A stretch of DNA of 36,833 bases, taken from the NCBI GenBank assembly GCA_040222015.1, contig JAVJWO010000063.1, forward strand, positions 1-36,833, written 5' to 3'. Made by a program: the position numbers and the translations under genes. This document shows positions 35,353 through 36,833 of this stretch, one piece after another. The stretch is from Coleofasciculus chthonoplastes F2-STO-03 (lineage in GTDB: Bacteria > Cyanobacteriota > Cyanobacteriia > Cyanobacteriales > Coleofasciculaceae). How positions within the stretch are numbered: position 1 is the stretch's first letter; each line of letters begins with the position of its first letter. A model generated the notes under the pieces. That model was not told the origin of the DNA and made no database searches. It saw only the letters and a program-made list of their open reading frames with translations.

Positions 35353-36256
35353 GAACGGTTTTTTATGATTACCTTCTTTAACGGCTTGATCCCAAAGACA
35401 ACTATCAATAACAGCAGGGTAAAGAGATTGCCGATAATCTGATCCGGTTCGGGTACACTAGCGGTGTTTCCACTCGATGGTGTATCTGTTCCTTGATTAT
35501 CCATTCCTTCAGGTGTCTCAACGGGTACATTGACTTGTTTGCCATCCTTGTTATCGACTCGGATTTCTTCCGTAACCGCCACAAATGACGTATATAGCAA
35601 CCGCCATGGCTGTTAGGACACATCATTTATGTAGAGACGCGCCATGGCGCGTCTCTACAATGGTGCCGAACGTCCTAATCGATGTGTCTATTGCTATATT
35701 TGGACATCAAGCGATAATTGAGTGCTGTATCCGTCACCGCTTCAACTACCTCTGGCGTTTCACGACCATACATTTGATTCATTAATGCTTTAATCCGCGC
35801 CCGTCCCCACAGTTGCGAGATCGCACCGTTCCCGCGCACCTCCTCAAAGTTCACATCTAAGGTGGTTTCGTAGGGTTGACCCCCTGCCACAATTCCGCTA
35901 ATCTTAAGTTTGCCATTTGTGCGATCGCCTTTACGCCCAAATACAACTAAGGGCTGATTGGCGAATAAATCCCGTACCTTTTGGGGATAGAATTCTGGTG
36001 CGTTTCCTGTCCCCTCCCAACTGACTTGAATATTCGTCAAGACAGGATTATTAATCTCTTGGAAAAATTCCTGGGCGACAACTTCCGCCGATTCATTGGG
36101 GGGAACCACTTCGGCGGTTCCGCGCCCCAATTCCGCTAACCGTTCAATTAAAAAGCGATTCGTCGAAGACCCCACGCCAAAACTATACAAGCGATTTCCT
36201 GGCTTGAGGCGATCGCGAATTTGACCGATAATCTGTTCATCATCGCCAATTAATCC
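35349..36256 (-). pseudogene. VIT/vWA-family protein with C-terminal PEP-CTERM-like anchor; 5'-truncated and MITE-interrupted
   Basis: GLIGDDEQII...RLYSFGVGSSTNRFL...LWGRARIKALM...LMSKY|TSFVAV...VPEP+TM+basic tail; the N-terminal part is missing. Confidence 0.85.
35595..35696. mobile_element. 102-bp MITE with TA target-site duplication (IS630/Tc1-like) and internal perfect REP palindrome
   Basis: TA|TAGCAA..TTAGGAC....GTCCTAA..TTGCTA|TA; internal GTAGAGACGCGCCATGGCGCGTCTCTAC at 35631-35658; removing it restores the reading frame. Confidence 0.88.
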
Positions 36257-36298
36257 ATTTCATTCTGTTAATACTCAATCGCCGGGATTAAATAGGTG

Positions 36299-36643
36299 GA
36301 TAAATTCTTGAACTAAATACTGACGCTTGTCTTGGCTGAAATAATCTAATAATTGGGGAATTTGGGAATGATGTCCCAGAGTTTTTAAGCGTTGGGCTTC
36401 TTGTTCAAATAGTTCGGCAGCTTTTTCCTGATTCGTGGTGCTTGAGTGTTTGGGGAAAAACTGCTTAATCGCACAGTTGGGGTGATGGGGATTGGATTCA
36501 TCCACACCGCGAAAGGTTCTGCCAAAGCCACCTTGTCCCAGGGGATGAATTGCCCGATAGCGACCAGATAATAGTAACTCTGAACCGCAACTGTGGCAAC
36601 TGACGGCATATCGCGGATTCTCTGGATGCTGACAATCTGGGTG
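36299..36643 (-). pseudogene. N-terminal fragment of a Ser/Thr kinase with Cys-rich zinc-ribbon prefix
   Basis: HPDCQHPENPRYAVSCHSCGSELLLSGRYRAIHPLGQGGFGRTF...CAIKQF...IPQLL...YLVQEFI, then a stop; the start codon and C-lobe are missing. Confidence 0.85.
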
Positions 36644-36666
36644 AGTATCTGTAATAAAATTTCTGC

Positions 36667-36833
36667 ATGTTAAACGGGCTTTTTACTCTCTTCAGCACTA
36701 CAGCTATAAACCTGTTCACTGATTGCTTAACTGAACTCGACAGAGCCTGATACTGGCGTTCATATCAAGGTGTCGTGACCCGTCTAACGTAGACTACGGT
36801 GAGTCTCAGTCTGCACGTTCCGACGCAAGTCCA
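36667..36833 (-). ncRNA. HEARO/omegaRNA-like scaffold of an IS200/IS605 IscB (OMEGA) element; 5' end outside the window, 3' end truncated
   Basis: Minus strand CAGACTGAG..CTACGTTAGACGGGTCACGACACCTTGATATGAACGCCAGTATCAGGCTCTGTCG..TTAAGCA..AGTG..AAAAGCCCGTTTAACAT follows the motif order I recall for HEARO RNAs, with nested stems. Confidence 0.72.

Larger units (their letters stand above)
4820..36216. repeat. HIP1 octamer GCGATCGC, about 23 dispersed copies
   Basis: Seen at 4820, 8474, 9644, 9747, 10023, 11259, 12026, 22557, 25649, 25823, 26969, 27671, 28194, 28373, 29031, 31266, 31593, 31624, 32354, 34755, 35280, 35921 and 36209 (manual count). Confidence 0.9.

Noticed and set aside
35174..35368. 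Intact 64-aa gene
   Set aside because: A chimera of a hairpin repeat, a TIR-like fragment and a REP.
36720..36833. Group II intron end or tRNA at the right edge
   Set aside because: No domain V/VI pattern, no GTGCG 5' end and no cloverleaf; the motif order fits a HEARO/omegaRNA better.

Overview
Chromosomal window from a cyanobacterium. It has about 23 HIP1 octamers (GCGATCGC), heptamer STRR repeats and GTAG-type REP-like palindromes; a filamentous Oscillatoriales/Coleofasciculus-like host is an inference. In order, the window holds: the 3' part of a repeat-rich adhesin-like/CHAT protease gene; CAAD/CurT-like, LysM-M23, CapA, PRC-barrel and LapA-like genes; a perfect CIRCE operator with no groE gene nearby; a Ser/Thr kinase-AAA_35 fusion; an AT-rich, HIP1-free glycosylation cluster (GT-A-like, sulfotransferase, two GT-C/GT39 paralogues plus a deleted third, MTase-GT2 fusion, BNR propeller); a three-gene hybrid histidine kinase cascade; Uma2, esterase, HDAC-family and msrA genes. 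The last ~1.7 kb is a patchwork of gene fragments (TIR-like, MITE-disrupted vWA/PEP-CTERM, Ser/Thr kinase). It ends in what looks like an IscB-type omegaRNA (HEARO) scaffold with no iscB gene downstream. Several small non-autonomous mobile elements are nested in each other or sit inside coding sequence. No rRNA, tRNA, CRISPR array or transposase was seen. Family calls come from motif recognition by eye; no database searches were run.
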